Positions 28,240 through 38,542 of a stretch of 64,000 nt of DNA are shown piece by piece (position 1 is the stretch's first letter; each line of letters starts with the position of its first letter). The position numbers were made by a program, and so were the translations under genes. The notes under the pieces were generated by a model. That model was not told the origin of the DNA. It saw nothing but the letters and a program-made list of their open reading frames with translations, and ran no database searches. Source of the DNA: an uncultured Clostridia bacterium (GTDB lineage: Bacteria; Bacillota; Clostridia; TANB77; CAG-508); contig CAMKSF010000004.1 in NCBI GenBank assembly GCA_946415375.1, positions 33,697-97,696 of the forward strand. Direction: 5' to 3'.

Positions 28240-30297
28240 ATGCTATTCGGAAATTCAGTATGTAAACATAGAAAGATAATTCTTATTATTGCACTTATTT
28301 TATTAATACCTGCAATATTAGGAATGAAGGCAACAAGAATTAATTATGATATTCTAGTATATTTACCAGAAAACATTGAAACAGTACAAGGAGAAAAAAT
28401 ATTATCAGAAGACTTTGATATGGGCGGTTTTTCGGTAGTTATATTGGAAAATATGAAAAATAAAGATATTTTGAAGTTAGAAAACAAAATAAAAGAAATT
28501 GACAATGTTGAAAAAGTAATTAGTGCAGCTGATTTATTTGGAACAGAAGTACCAAAAGATATGTTGCCAGATAAAGTGCAAGACATGCTATATGATGAAA
28601 ACAAAACAATAATGTTAGTAACTTTTAAAGAACAAATATCATCAGATGAAACAATAAATTCTGTTCAAAAAATCAGAGAATTGACAGATGAAAGATGTAA
28701 AATTAGTGGAATGACTGCAACTTTAATAGACACAAGGAATCTATCAGACTCAGAAGTTGTTATATATGTTGTAATTGCAGTTTTACTATGCTTAATAATT
28801 TTGCAATTAGCATTAGATTCATATTTTGTACCAATTTTATTATTACTAAATATAGGTATTGCAGTTTTATACAATATGGGTACAAATATATTCCTAGGAG
28901 AAATATCTTATATAACAAAAGCAATAAGTGCAGTTCTGCAGTTAGGTGTTACAATGGATTTTGCAATATTCTTATACCATAGTTATGTGCAAGAAAAAAA
29001 TAATACATCTAGTAAAGAAAAAGCAATGGCAAATGCTATTACAAAAACATTTACTTCAGTACTAGGAAGTTCACTTACAACAATAGCAGGATTTTTAGCA
29101 CTATGTAGTATGAATTTAACACTTGGAAAAGACATAGGAATAGTTATGGCAAAAGGTGTTCTATTTGGAGTTATTTCAGTAGTTACAATTTTACCAGCAA
29201 TGATATTAGAATGTGATAAATTAATTGAAAAGACAAAACACAAAGAAATACTACCTAAATTTACACATTTAAGAGATTTTATAATAAAACACTATGTTGT
29301 AATTGCAGTTTTATTTATTGTGATATTACCAATAGCATTTTATGGATATAGAAATACAGAAGTTTATTATAAATTAGATAAATCTTTACCAGAAACTCTA
29401 TCTAGTGTACAAGCAAATAATTCATTAAAAGAAGATTTTAATATGGCTTCTATGGAAATGCTATTAGTAAATAAGAACATGCCTGAATACAAGGCAAATG
29501 AAATGATAGAAAAAATAGAAAATATAGAAGGCATTGAATGGGCTATTGGTTATTCTAAATTAGGAAGTATTGGAATTCCAAAAACAGCATTACCTCAAGA
29601 CTTAATAGATACACTTCAAAGTGATAAATATCAAATGATATTAATAAATTCGAAATATGAAATAGCTACAGACGAATTAAATGAACAGGTAAAAGAATTA
29701 ACAAATATTATTAAGGAATATGATGAAAATGCAATTTTAGCAGGAGAAGGCCCTTTAATGAAGGACCTGGTAGAAATTTCAGATCATGATTTTAATAGTG
29801 TAAATACAACATCAATAGCAGTAATATTTATAATAATGCTATTTGTATTAAAATCGATATCATTACCAGTAATTTTAATTGTAGTTATCGAATTTGCTAT
29901 ATTTATTAACATGGGTATTCCATATTATACAAATGTTACACTACCTTTTGTTGCATCAATAGTAATAGGAACAATTCAATTGGGTGCAACAATTGATTAT
30001 GCTATATTAATAACAAATAAATATATTAATGCTAGAAAAGAGGACGAAGATAAAAAAGATGCTGCAAAAGAATCTTTAGGTACATCAATAAGCTCAATAA
30101 TAGTTAGTGGATTATGTTTCTTTGGTGCTACTTTTGGAGTAGGTTTTTATTCAAAGATAGAAATGATTGGCTCTTTATGTACATTAATGTCAAGAGGAGC
30201 AATAGTAAGTATGTTAACTGTTATATGTGTATTACCAGCATTTTTAATTATATTTGATAAATTAATTTGTAAGACTACAATAGGAATGAAAAAGTAA
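28240..30297 (+). CDS. MMPL/RND-superfamily transporter
   Basis: 685 aa with two 6-TM bundles, each preceded by a large extracytoplasmic loop. Divergent from the TetR gene. Confidence 0.8.
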   Translation: MLFGNSVCKHRKIILIIALILLIPAILGMKATRINYDILVYLPENIETVQGEKILSEDFDMGGFSVVILENMKNKDILKLENKIKEIDNVEKVISAADLFGTEVPKDMLPDKVQDMLYDENKTIMLVTFKEQISSDETINSVQKIRELTDERCKISGMTATLIDTRNLSDSEVVIYVVIAVLLCLIILQLALDSYFVPILLLLNIGIAVLYNMGTNIFLGEISYITKAISAVLQLGVTMDFAIFLYHSYVQEKNNTSSKEKAMANAITKTFTSVLGSSLTTIAGFLALCSMNLTLGKDIGIVMAKGVLFGVISVVTILPAMILECDKLIEKTKHKEILPKFTHLRDFIIKHYVVIAVLFIVILPIAFYGYRNTEVYYKLDKSLPETLSSVQANNSLKEDFNMASMEMLLVNKNMPEYKANEMIEKIENIEGIEWAIGYSKLGSIGIPKTALPQDLIDTLQSDKYQMILINSKYEIATDELNEQVKELTNIIKEYDENAILAGEGPLMKDLVEISDHDFNSVNTTSIAVIFIIMLFVLKSISLPVILIVVIEFAIFINMGIPYYTNVTLPFVASIVIGTIQLGATIDYAILITNKYINARKEDEDKKDAAKESLGTSISSIIVSGLCFFGATFGVGFYSKIEMIGSLCTLMSRGAIVSMLTVICVLPAFLIIFDKLICKTTIGMKK

Positions 30298-30318
30298 AAT
30301 AGGAGGATATAGGTAATT

Positions 30319-32658
30319 ATGAAAAAAATTGGAATTAAATTATTATCAAGCACTATGTTATTTAGTATGCTTGCATATACAGCAACACCTGTTATGGCAT
30401 ATACAAAAGAAGAAAGTGTTTACTCTAAATTAGATGGTAATGGAATGATTTACCAAACTACAGTAAGCAACCACTTGAAAAACACAGAAAAATCAGAACT
30501 TTTAAAAGATATATCTGATTTAATGAATATTGAAAATGTAAGTGGTGATCAAGAATTTACTGAAGAAAATGGAAAGCTAATTTGGAAAGCAGAAGGAGAA
30601 GATATTTATTATCAAGGAAATACAGAAAAAGCGTTACCAATTCAATGTAAAATAACATATAAACTAGATGGAGAAGAGATTTCAAAAGAAGATATTATTG
30701 GAAAATCTGGACTTGTAAAAATAAGTTTTGAATTTATTAATAAAGAGCAAAGGAATGTTGCAATAAATGGGAAAATGCAGACTATGTATGTACCATTTGT
30801 AGTAGGAATGGGAACAGTTATAGATAATGAAAACAATAAAAATATTGAAATTACTAATGGTAAAGTAATTGATAATGGAAATAAAAGCATGATATTTGGA
30901 ATAGCACTTCCTGGAATGCAAGAAAGTTTAGGAATAAATAAAGATACTATTGAAATTCCAAATTCAATTGAAATATCTATGGAAGCAAAAGATTTTGAAA
31001 TGAATGAAATATATTGTTTTGCAACACCTAAATTAATAGAAGAAGATGATTTAGAACTATTTAATAATATAGATAAAGTGTATGCAATGGTAAATGAATT
31101 AAAAAATGGTTCAAATATGCTAGTACAAGGTTCAAAACAATTATCTGATGGTGCAAGTAAACTAAACAATGGAACACAAGAATTATCAAAAGAATTAAAT
31201 GTGCAAATTGCAAAATATGAAAAGGCTAGAAAAAAACTTTCAAATAAAGAAGAATTAGAGAAGAAAATTGTAAAAATAATAAATAGTGAAATGAAAAAGA
31301 TAATGCCAGAGTTACAGAAATTAGCAGGAGAAGAAGCTAAAAATGTAGTTAAAGCAAATCTAAAAGGAAAAAATGGTTTAGAAGAAAAAACAGCTCAAAC
31401 TGCACTTGCATTTACCAAAAAGACTATAAATACAAAATTACAAGAACTTGCAAATAATAATGCAGAAATTACAATTCCAGAAGAATTAATAAATCAAATA
31501 CAAAAAGATTTATTAATAGCTTTGAAAAATGTAGAAAGTAAACAAGATGTCCAAAATTTAGAAAATACAATTAAAGAGCTTGTAATAAAAGATGTAACAA
31601 GTAAAGTAAAAACAGAAACAAATGAAATAATAACAACCAATGTTGATGATATGAAAACAACTATTTCCGATCCAACAGCTTTAATGACAGGAAGCGAAAA
31701 AGCAGCATTAAACCAATCTAAAAATCAAATTGCACAAGCTATGGTTCCAGGAATAAAAATGCAATATCCTAATTTAACAGATGAGGAAGCATTTACACAG
31801 GCTTTAAATTCTGTTAATAAATTAGTAACATCAGTATCTAAGGGTACAATGGATAAAACATTGGATCAAGTCAAAAGTGAGGCGCCTACAATGGCTGAAA
31901 ATGCAGTTAAAAAAATAGCTTCAAAATTAAATACAAATGATGCATTAGAAAAAGCAATTACAGATTATAGTAACAAAATTGTAACAGAATTAAAACAAGC
32001 TATTGGAAAAGAAACTTTAAATACAATTAAAGATAATATGAAAAAGGAAATAATTGCAGAATTAAAAAATGCCTTTATGAATGATAAAACATTACAAGCA
32101 CAAATGTCTGGAATGGTAAAAAAAGAAATAAATCCAACAATTGATGGTATAGCAAAACAAACAGCAAAAAAATTAGCAGAAGATTTTACCGAAGATTTAG
32201 CTAATCAAATAGCTTCAAATTTAATAAAAAAACAATTAAATGGTGAATTAAGTGAAACAGAACTTGATAAAGAATTATCAAAATACGAAGATTTAATTAA
32301 TTCTAAACTAGGAGAAGTAGATAATAAAGTCAAAACATTAAAAGAAGCATTAAACCAATTAAAAGACGGAACTAATCAACTAGCAAATGGAGCAAATGAA
32401 TTACAAAATGGAATGACTAAATTTGACGAGGAAGGAATTCAGAAAATATACAATATTGTAAATAATAATGTAAGAGATTTACAACAAAGAATAGAGAAAT
32501 TAAGGGAATTATCTAATGAGTACAATACATTTACTAATATTGATGAAAATGCGAAAGGAAATGTTAAATTCATTATGATGATAGACAGTTTAAAAAGAGA
32601 AGAAAATAAAAAAGAACAAGCAATACTTCAAACAGAAATAAAAGAAAAAGAAGAATAA
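30319..32658 (+). CDS. Secreted coiled-coil protein with YhgE/Pip-type repeats
   Basis: Signal peptide. LVQGSKQLSDGASKLNNGTQEL and LKDGTNQLANGANELQNGMTKF resemble the YhgE/Pip N-terminal repeats. No C-terminal TM bundle. Confidence 0.5.
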   Translation: MKKIGIKLLSSTMLFSMLAYTATPVMAYTKEESVYSKLDGNGMIYQTTVSNHLKNTEKSELLKDISDLMNIENVSGDQEFTEENGKLIWKAEGEDIYYQGNTEKALPIQCKITYKLDGEEISKEDIIGKSGLVKISFEFINKEQRNVAINGKMQTMYVPFVVGMGTVIDNENNKNIEITNGKVIDNGNKSMIFGIALPGMQESLGINKDTIEIPNSIEISMEAKDFEMNEIYCFATPKLIEEDDLELFNNIDKVYAMVNELKNGSNMLVQGSKQLSDGASKLNNGTQELSKELNVQIAKYEKARKKLSNKEELEKKIVKIINSEMKKIMPELQKLAGEEAKNVVKANLKGKNGLEEKTAQTALAFTKKTINTKLQELANNNAEITIPEELINQIQKDLLIALKNVESKQDVQNLENTIKELVIKDVTSKVKTETNEIITTNVDDMKTTISDPTALMTGSEKAALNQSKNQIAQAMVPGIKMQYPNLTDEEAFTQALNSVNKLVTSVSKGTMDKTLDQVKSEAPTMAENAVKKIASKLNTNDALEKAITDYSNKIVTELKQAIGKETLNTIKDNMKKEIIAELKNAFMNDKTLQAQMSGMVKKEINPTIDGIAKQTAKKLAEDFTEDLANQIASNLIKKQLNGELSETELDKELSKYEDLINSKLGEVDNKVKTLKEALNQLKDGTNQLANGANELQNGMTKFDEEGIQKIYNIVNNNVRDLQQRIEKLRELSNEYNTFTNIDENAKGNVKFIMMIDSLKREENKKEQAILQTEIKEKEE

Positions 32659-32751
32659 TAGTCTGTTTAAGGTAATATATATAATTGCAAATGGAAAAAT
32701 GAACTAATGAACAAAATAGAAAAGATAAATTAGAATTTATAACAATAAATT

Positions 32752-32780
32752 AAAGCAGGAGTTGATCCTGCTTTGTTTTG
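32752..32780 (+). terminator. Intrinsic terminator
   Basis: AAAGCAGGA (32752-32760) / TCCTGCTTT (32766-32774), then GTTTTG. Confidence 0.65.
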
Positions 32781-32995
32781 TCTTAAGATAAAAACAAATT
32801 ACTATACTTGGTCAAATATTGCATAGCTAGGATTTGGATTTATCAACAATGTGTGATATAATTGTGGAAAACGGAAGAAGAAATAGTAAAAATTAAAGAT
32901 TTAATTTGAGTGATAAAAAAACAATTAACAAAAGATGAAAAACTGCACATTATATAAAAAAGATTTAGGCTATATAAATAGATAAGGAGAAAACT

Positions 32996-34417
32996 ATGAT
33001 AGATTCAAAAAATGGAGTAATAGGACTGGCTATTGGAGATGCAATGGGAGTGCCACTAGAATTTTGTATAAGAGAAAAATTGCAAAAAAATATAACAACA
33101 GAAATGTTAGGGTATGGAAGCCATAATGTACCAAAAGGAACATGGTCAGATGATACTTCTATGACACTTGGTTTAATTGATGCGATTAATAAAACTGGAA
33201 ATATTATACCAACAGATATTGCAGATAATTTTGTTAAATGGGCAGAAAACGCAGAATTTACTGCAACAGGTGTTAGATTTGATATAGGAAGAACATGTTT
33301 AAGAGCTATTGCAAATTATGAGAAGGGAATAAATCCAATAGAATGTGGTTTAGATGATGAATTTAGTAATGGAAATGGATCTTTAATGAGAATACTACCA
33401 TTAATATATTATTGCTATGCTAAAAAAATGAATAATACTGAAATATATGAAGTTGTTAGAGATGTATCTTCTATTACTCATAGACACGAAATAAGTATAA
33501 TGGGATGCTATATTTATGTTTTATTTGGAATAGAACTATTAAATGGAGCAAAATTAAATGAAGCATATAAAAAGATAAGAGAAAGTGATTATTCTATGTT
33601 TTCAAAACAATGTCAAAAAAAGTATAATAGAATAATAAACACAGATATTTCTTTATTAAACATGGATGAAATAAGCTCTAGTGGATATGTAGTAGATACT
33701 TTAGAAGCTACTTTATGGGGATTACTTACAACAGATGATTATAACTCTGCTATAATAAAAGTTATAAATCTAGGAAATGACACTGATACTATTGGAGCCT
33801 GTGTAGGAGGACTTGCAGGAATATATTATGGATTAGATAACATTAATAACAACTGGAAAAGTAATTTAATAAAGTATGAATATATTGTAGAATTATGTGA
33901 GAAGTTTAATGGGGTGCTAAATAAAGCTAATTCTAAGAAGATACCAGAAGATAATAGAAATGTTTTCTTTATTGATATTAGAGAAAGGGAAAAAAGAGAG
34001 AAATTTGTAAATGAAATATTAGAATTTGAAGGGATGTCACTTATAAATAATAATGCAGATAGTTTTGATTTAGCTAAAGAAGCGGTAATAAAATCTAATT
34101 TTCCAATTTCAATTGATTTTAAAAAGTTAGAATTAGACTTTTTAAAAAACACTACTACTGCAGCTGCAGCGATAACAAACAAGTCGATATTTATTACTCC
34201 TGAAGAAGCATTAAAAAAGGTAGAAAGTAGATTAAATGAATGGAAAAAATATAAGGAAGAAGTAATTATAAGTTTAACAACACAAGTTTATGAACATACA
34301 GTAGAATATGCAAAAGAATTAGTTGAAAGCTATGAATTAGATATATTTGAAGAATTCTTTTTGAAAAATGAAACACCTTTAGATTGTGCAATTGACATTG
34401 GTTATTGTTGTGGATGA
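32996..34417 (+). CDS. ADP-ribosylglycohydrolase-family protein with a ~170-aa C-terminal extension
   Basis: GLAIGDAMGVPLEF, WSDDTSM, and GNDTDTIGACVGGLAG. Confidence 0.85.
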   Translation: MIDSKNGVIGLAIGDAMGVPLEFCIREKLQKNITTEMLGYGSHNVPKGTWSDDTSMTLGLIDAINKTGNIIPTDIADNFVKWAENAEFTATGVRFDIGRTCLRAIANYEKGINPIECGLDDEFSNGNGSLMRILPLIYYCYAKKMNNTEIYEVVRDVSSITHRHEISIMGCYIYVLFGIELLNGAKLNEAYKKIRESDYSMFSKQCQKKYNRIINTDISLLNMDEISSSGYVVDTLEATLWGLLTTDDYNSAIIKVINLGNDTDTIGACVGGLAGIYYGLDNINNNWKSNLIKYEYIVELCEKFNGVLNKANSKKIPEDNRNVFFIDIREREKREKFVNEILEFEGMSLINNNADSFDLAKEAVIKSNFPISIDFKKLELDFLKNTTTAAAAITNKSIFITPEEALKKVESRLNEWKKYKEEVIISLTTQVYEHTVEYAKELVESYELDIFEEFFLKNETPLDCAIDIGYCCG

Positions 34418-34511
34418 TTTACAAGTTAAAAACAATAATAGATTGTAATGCTTTAAGAAAGTTTGGAATTGTTTGAAAGACTTATAAATACGGAGAAAAG
34501 GAGAGAATTTT

Positions 34512-35111
34512 ATGCCAAATATAAAATGGATTGGATTTATAGATAAAAATGAAATTGAAAAGTATCAAAAAGGAGAGCTAGATAGTAATGCCATTAAAAT
34601 GAAAATGCCTGAAACTATGAATAAAATGATGATAAAAGCTTTTCCATTTGTAATACCTTCACTTATTATAATGTTTCTGGCTATGTATTTAAAAGGACAT
34701 ATAAACAATCACATTGTAGTATACAAACCATATATGTTTATAGGTCTTATAATAGGATTTTTTTTGTCAATAATACATGAATTCTTACATGCTGTTGTTT
34801 ATCCTCAAGGTGTTAATACATACATAGGAATAGCCAAGCCTGTAACTTTTGTTGCATTAGCATCGTATCCTTTAAAAAAGGGAAGATTTATTGTAATGTG
34901 CTTATTACCATATATATTAGGGATTGTACCATTAATAATTTTTTTGCTTTCTCCTGCTAATAATCTTTTATTAAATAGTATTATATATGGTATTGCTTTT
35001 GTTGGGATGGCGAGTCCATATCCAGATGCTTATAATGTTTATCAAGTTATAAGACAAGTACCTAAAGGGAAGAAAGTTCAATTTTATGGGGATGACACTT
35101 ATTATATTTAG
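34512..35111 (+). CDS. DUF3267-like membrane protein (putative zincin)
   Basis: HEFLHAVVY (HExxH) between TM helices. Confidence 0.5.
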   Translation: MPNIKWIGFIDKNEIEKYQKGELDSNAIKMKMPETMNKMMIKAFPFVIPSLIIMFLAMYLKGHINNHIVVYKPYMFIGLIIGFFLSIIHEFLHAVVYPQGVNTYIGIAKPVTFVALASYPLKKGRFIVMCLLPYILGIVPLIIFLLSPANNLLLNSIIYGIAFVGMASPYPDAYNVYQVIRQVPKGKKVQFYGDDTYYI

Positions 35112-35348
35112 AATAACAAATTACAATTTGGGATATGGAAATTATATCATAATTGAAAATGATGAAGAATATAAGTTTTATATTGTTTGTTGAGTTCCAT
35201 CATGGATAATAGCGATGAAATATAGGTTAGAATATTTAATCTATATTTTTTTTTTGAATATTTTTAATTAAAAATGCAACGAAATTAAAAAATATGGTAA
35301 TATATTAATGAAAGATATCTTAAAAATAATAAGGAGTTTAGATCTAAA

Positions 35349-35894
35349 TTGAAAATGAAAGATGTACCAATATACAACTATTTTAATGGAAATACATTAT
35401 TAATAGAAAATATAGTAAATGATTTTTCAAACTATATTTATACAGTAATTAGAAATTCTAACTTAAAAGTTTCAGATGAAGATATAGAAGAATTAGTTAG
35501 TGATGTTGTTTTTACTATATGGAAAAATCAAGATAAGCTCGATATCAATAGAAAAATAACACCATATATTGCAGGTATAACAAATAATTTAGTAAAAAAG
35601 AAATACCGAGATACAAAAGTTTTTGATAATATTGAAGATTATGAAAATAATTTAATTGAAGATAGCAATATAGAGTTACAATTTATTGAAAATGAGCGTA
35701 ATAAAGGTATAATGAAACAATTAGATAAATTAAAAAAAGAAGACAAGACTATTTTTATTTTATATTATTTTAATGAAAAGAGTATTAACGATATTGCAAA
35801 TGAATTAAATATGACTGAGTCTAAAGTGAAATCTAAATTGTTTCGAACAAGAAAAAAATTAAAAAAATATTTAAAAGAAAAAGAGGGGGTATAA
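35349..35894 (+). CDS. ECF-type sigma-70 family RNA polymerase sigma factor
   Basis: Region 2 (VVFTIWKNQDKL) and region 4 HTH (KSINDIANELNMTESKVKSKLFRTRKKL). Confidence 0.8.
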   Translation: MKMKDVPIYNYFNGNTLLIENIVNDFSNYIYTVIRNSNLKVSDEDIEELVSDVVFTIWKNQDKLDINRKITPYIAGITNNLVKKKYRDTKVFDNIEDYENNLIEDSNIELQFIENERNKGIMKQLDKLKKEDKTIFILYYFNEKSINDIANELNMTESKVKSKLFRTRKKLKKYLKEKEGV

Positions 35895-35899
35895 TTCAA

Positions 35900-36616
35900 A
35901 TGATTGATAAAAACAAAATTATAGATAACATTCAAAAGAATATTGCACTTTCAAATTTTGAGAGTGAATTGAAATCAGATAAAGATAATAAAGAATATAC
36001 CCACAAAAATAATGGGAGGATATATGATATGAAAAAAATGATTATTGCAGTTTCTTGTTGCAGTATAATGCTTATTGGTGGATTTGCATATGCATATAGT
36101 AGTCATTTTAAATTAAGTAATAATTTTTTAGAAAAAGATAGGAATTATTTAGATATAATAGAAAGAAGTTTTGGAAACTCTGTAGAAAATGAAAAAGAAG
36201 AAGATAAAGGTAAGTTTTTAAATGGAAGAAAATTTTTAAATGGGTACTATATAGCAGGTAAATTTAATCAAGTTATGGGGAAAAATACAAAATATGAATA
36301 TGTACATAAAGGAATTGATATAGTAGCTCCAAGAGGAACAAAAATTTTAGCACTAGCAAATGGCGTAATAAAAGAAACAAACTACAATTCTATAAATGGA
36401 AATTATATTCTAATTGAGCATGAGGAGGGATATGAGACTTTATATGCTCATTTAGATAAAATTAGTGTAAAAGAAGGAGATGATGTATTGCAAGGTGAAG
36501 AAATAGGAAAAGTTGGAATAACAGGGAATACAGTAGCACCTCATTTACATCTTGAATTACATCATAATGGAGAACCTGTCAACCCAATGGAGTATATTGA
36601 TAAAATAAAGGAATAA
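35900..36616 (+). CDS. Membrane-anchored M23-family metallopeptidase in the anti-sigma position
   Basis: One TM helix (IIAVSCCSIMLIGGFAYAY), then HKGIDIVAPRGT and HLHLELHHNGEPVNP. Confidence 0.8.
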   Translation: MIDKNKIIDNIQKNIALSNFESELKSDKDNKEYTHKNNGRIYDMKKMIIAVSCCSIMLIGGFAYAYSSHFKLSNNFLEKDRNYLDIIERSFGNSVENEKEEDKGKFLNGRKFLNGYYIAGKFNQVMGKNTKYEYVHKGIDIVAPRGTKILALANGVIKETNYNSINGNYILIEHEEGYETLYAHLDKISVKEGDDVLQGEEIGKVGITGNTVAPHLHLELHHNGEPVNPMEYIDKIKE

Positions 36617-36668
36617 AGCTCATAAAACAATGGTAAATAAAATATATGAAACGCATAAGCAAGATTTG

Positions 36669-36697
36669 TCAAGGGGTTAAGGCTCCTTGATTTTTTT
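36669..36697 (+). terminator. Intrinsic terminator
   Basis: TCAAGG (36669-36674) / CCTTGA (36685-36690), then TTTTTTT. Confidence 0.6.
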
Positions 36698-36769
36698 GTA
36701 TCTTTATTTGACGGAGGAAAGACGGAGAAAATCTTTTTACACATTATAAAAAGAAAAAAAGATTACAAT

Positions 36770-36805
36770 CAAGATGTTGACTTTTTCAACATCTTGTAAT
36801 ATAAT
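36770..36805 (+). promoter_or_regulatory. Promoter overlapped by a perfect inverted repeat (candidate XRE operator)
   Basis: TTGACT (36777-36782), 17-nt spacer, TATAAT (36800-36805). Inverted repeat CAAGATGTTGA (36770-36780) / TCAACATCTTG (36786-36796). Confidence 0.6.
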
Positions 36806-36835
36806 ATAAAAAGGAGTATTGTGAGGAGATGGAAT

Positions 36836-37168
36836 ATGAATAAGGATAATTATAAAAAAATAGGAGAAAAATTAAGAAAAGCAAGAGAATATTTGAGTTT
36901 AACACAGGCACAAGTTGCTTCAATTTTAAATTTAGGAAGAGATGCAATTATAAGAATAGAAAATGGAACGAGAAAGATAGATGCAGAAGAATTGTTAAAA
37001 TTTTCAGAATTATATAAAATTAGTATTGATGAGATAGTAAATCATAAAACTACAGTATATACTGAAAATGCTTTTGCTAGAGGATTTGAAAAATTAAGTG
37101 AACAGGATCAAAAAGAAATACTAAATTTAATAAAATTGAAAAATGAGTACAAGAGTAAGGAAGGATAA
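36836..37168 (+). CDS. XRE-family HTH regulator
   Basis: LRKAREYLSLTQAQVASILNLGRDAIIRIENG. ATG 36836 sits 7 nt after GAGGAG (the track starts at GTG 36821). Confidence 0.8.
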   Translation: MNKDNYKKIGEKLRKAREYLSLTQAQVASILNLGRDAIIRIENGTRKIDAEELLKFSELYKISIDEIVNHKTTVYTENAFARGFEKLSEQDQKEILNLIKLKNEYKSKEG

Positions 37169-37169
37169 T

Positions 37170-38540
37170 ATGGAACAAGAAATGACACCAGAGAAATTGG
37201 CAAATAGTGTTTTAGATGAGATTAAGTCTAGACAAGGTGTAATAAAATTTCCGATAGATCCATTTGAATTATTAAAAAATAAAGAAATAATAATATCTTT
37301 TTCAAATTTTGAAAAGCTTGAAGGAATAATACTAAATGATAGAGATAATGTAACAATTGTTGGCATTAATAAAAATAGACCTTGGACAAGACAAAGATTT
37401 ACTGCAGCACATGAATACTGCCATTATATTAAAGATTTAAATAAAGCGGAAAATGAAGTTAATAGAATAGACTGCCTAAAGGGAGCTAAGAGTAAGATAG
37501 AACAATTTGCAGATAGATTTGCATCTTGTTTGTTAATGCCGAGTTTCAAGATTTTAGAATTATGTGACAAATATAAAAATGAAAGAGGTTTTATTGATTT
37601 TGAAAATGTAACATATATGGCTGAATTTTTTGGCGTTAGTTTTAAAAGTTGTATTAATAGATTAGCTTATGATTTTAAAATGATTGAAGGAGATATAACA
37701 CCAAATGCTTTAAAACAAAGAGTTAGAAAGTATAAACCAGAAGTTAAAAGAAAAGAATTAATTAATAAAAATAATGATTTCTTGTTAATTGGAAATGCTA
37801 TAGATAGTTTGAGCTACTGTATGGTAGACTTAAGTACTAATACAGGAGCTAAATTTTTAAATAATTATATTTATTATGACAATAAATTAGAAGGAGTAGA
37901 TGAAGATAAAGTACCATATATTCTTGCAGATTTAACATATAACAAGCAGAAGAGTGAATTTTTACGATCGCAAGATGAAAAAGTAATAATGACTCTTGGA
38001 AATTATAAATTGCAAGAATATATATTAACTACGGATGATATGATTTCAATATTGGACTGCAAGAAAATGCACAAAATGTTATATGCATATGTTCCATTTC
38101 AGGAATTTGCAGGTAATTATAGAGATAATGATGCAATTATTTTAAATGGAACTATACAACCAAGTAGCTATATAACAATTGAAGCAGATATAAAAACATT
38201 AAGTGAAGAGTTTGATTTTTTTATAAAGGATATTAATAACCTAAAAATGAGTGAATATATAGAAAGAGTAGTATATTTTATTTACAGATTTATAAAAATT
38301 CATCCTTTTTCTGATGGGAATGGAAGAGTATCAAGAGCACTATTAAACTGGATGTTGAAACTGAAACGTATACCACCAATATATGTAGACGATAAAAGTA
38401 GAGATGAATACTATAATTCACTTTCGAAAATTGATATAGAAGGAGATTATATACCTTTTATAATATTTGTTGAGAAGAGAATAATAAATACATTAACAGA
38501 ATTGCATGATTATTTATTTACAGAGAATTGGGAGGGATAA
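37170..38540 (+). CDS. ImmA/IrrE-type Zn-metallopeptidase fused to a C-terminal Fic domain
   Basis: N-terminal FTAAHEYCHYIKD (HExxH) and FADRFASCLLMP. C-terminal canonical Fic motif HPFSDGNGRVSRAL. ATG 37170 lies 1 nt after the XRE stop. Confidence 0.8.
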   Translation: MEQEMTPEKLANSVLDEIKSRQGVIKFPIDPFELLKNKEIIISFSNFEKLEGIILNDRDNVTIVGINKNRPWTRQRFTAAHEYCHYIKDLNKAENEVNRIDCLKGAKSKIEQFADRFASCLLMPSFKILELCDKYKNERGFIDFENVTYMAEFFGVSFKSCINRLAYDFKMIEGDITPNALKQRVRKYKPEVKRKELINKNNDFLLIGNAIDSLSYCMVDLSTNTGAKFLNNYIYYDNKLEGVDEDKVPYILADLTYNKQKSEFLRSQDEKVIMTLGNYKLQEYILTTDDMISILDCKKMHKMLYAYVPFQEFAGNYRDNDAIILNGTIQPSSYITIEADIKTLSEEFDFFIKDINNLKMSEYIERVVYFIYRFIKIHPFSDGNGRVSRALLNWMLKLKRIPPIYVDDKSRDEYYNSLSKIDIEGDYIPFIIFVEKRIINTLTELHDYLFTENWEG

Positions 38541-38542
38541 TT

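Noticed and set aside
30642-31169. Long antisense ORFs inside real genes (for example 30642..31169-, 6292..6711-, 33826..34182-, 24806..25114+, 8547..8840-, 49103..49297+).
   Set aside because: These are shadow ORFs opposite or within well-supported genes. They show low-complexity Ser/Phe/Ile/Leu-rich translations and have no RBS.
36208-36246. A short duplication encoding GKFLNGRKFLNG in the M23 protein.
   Set aside because: It is a single small in-frame duplication in a linker and has no evident significance.
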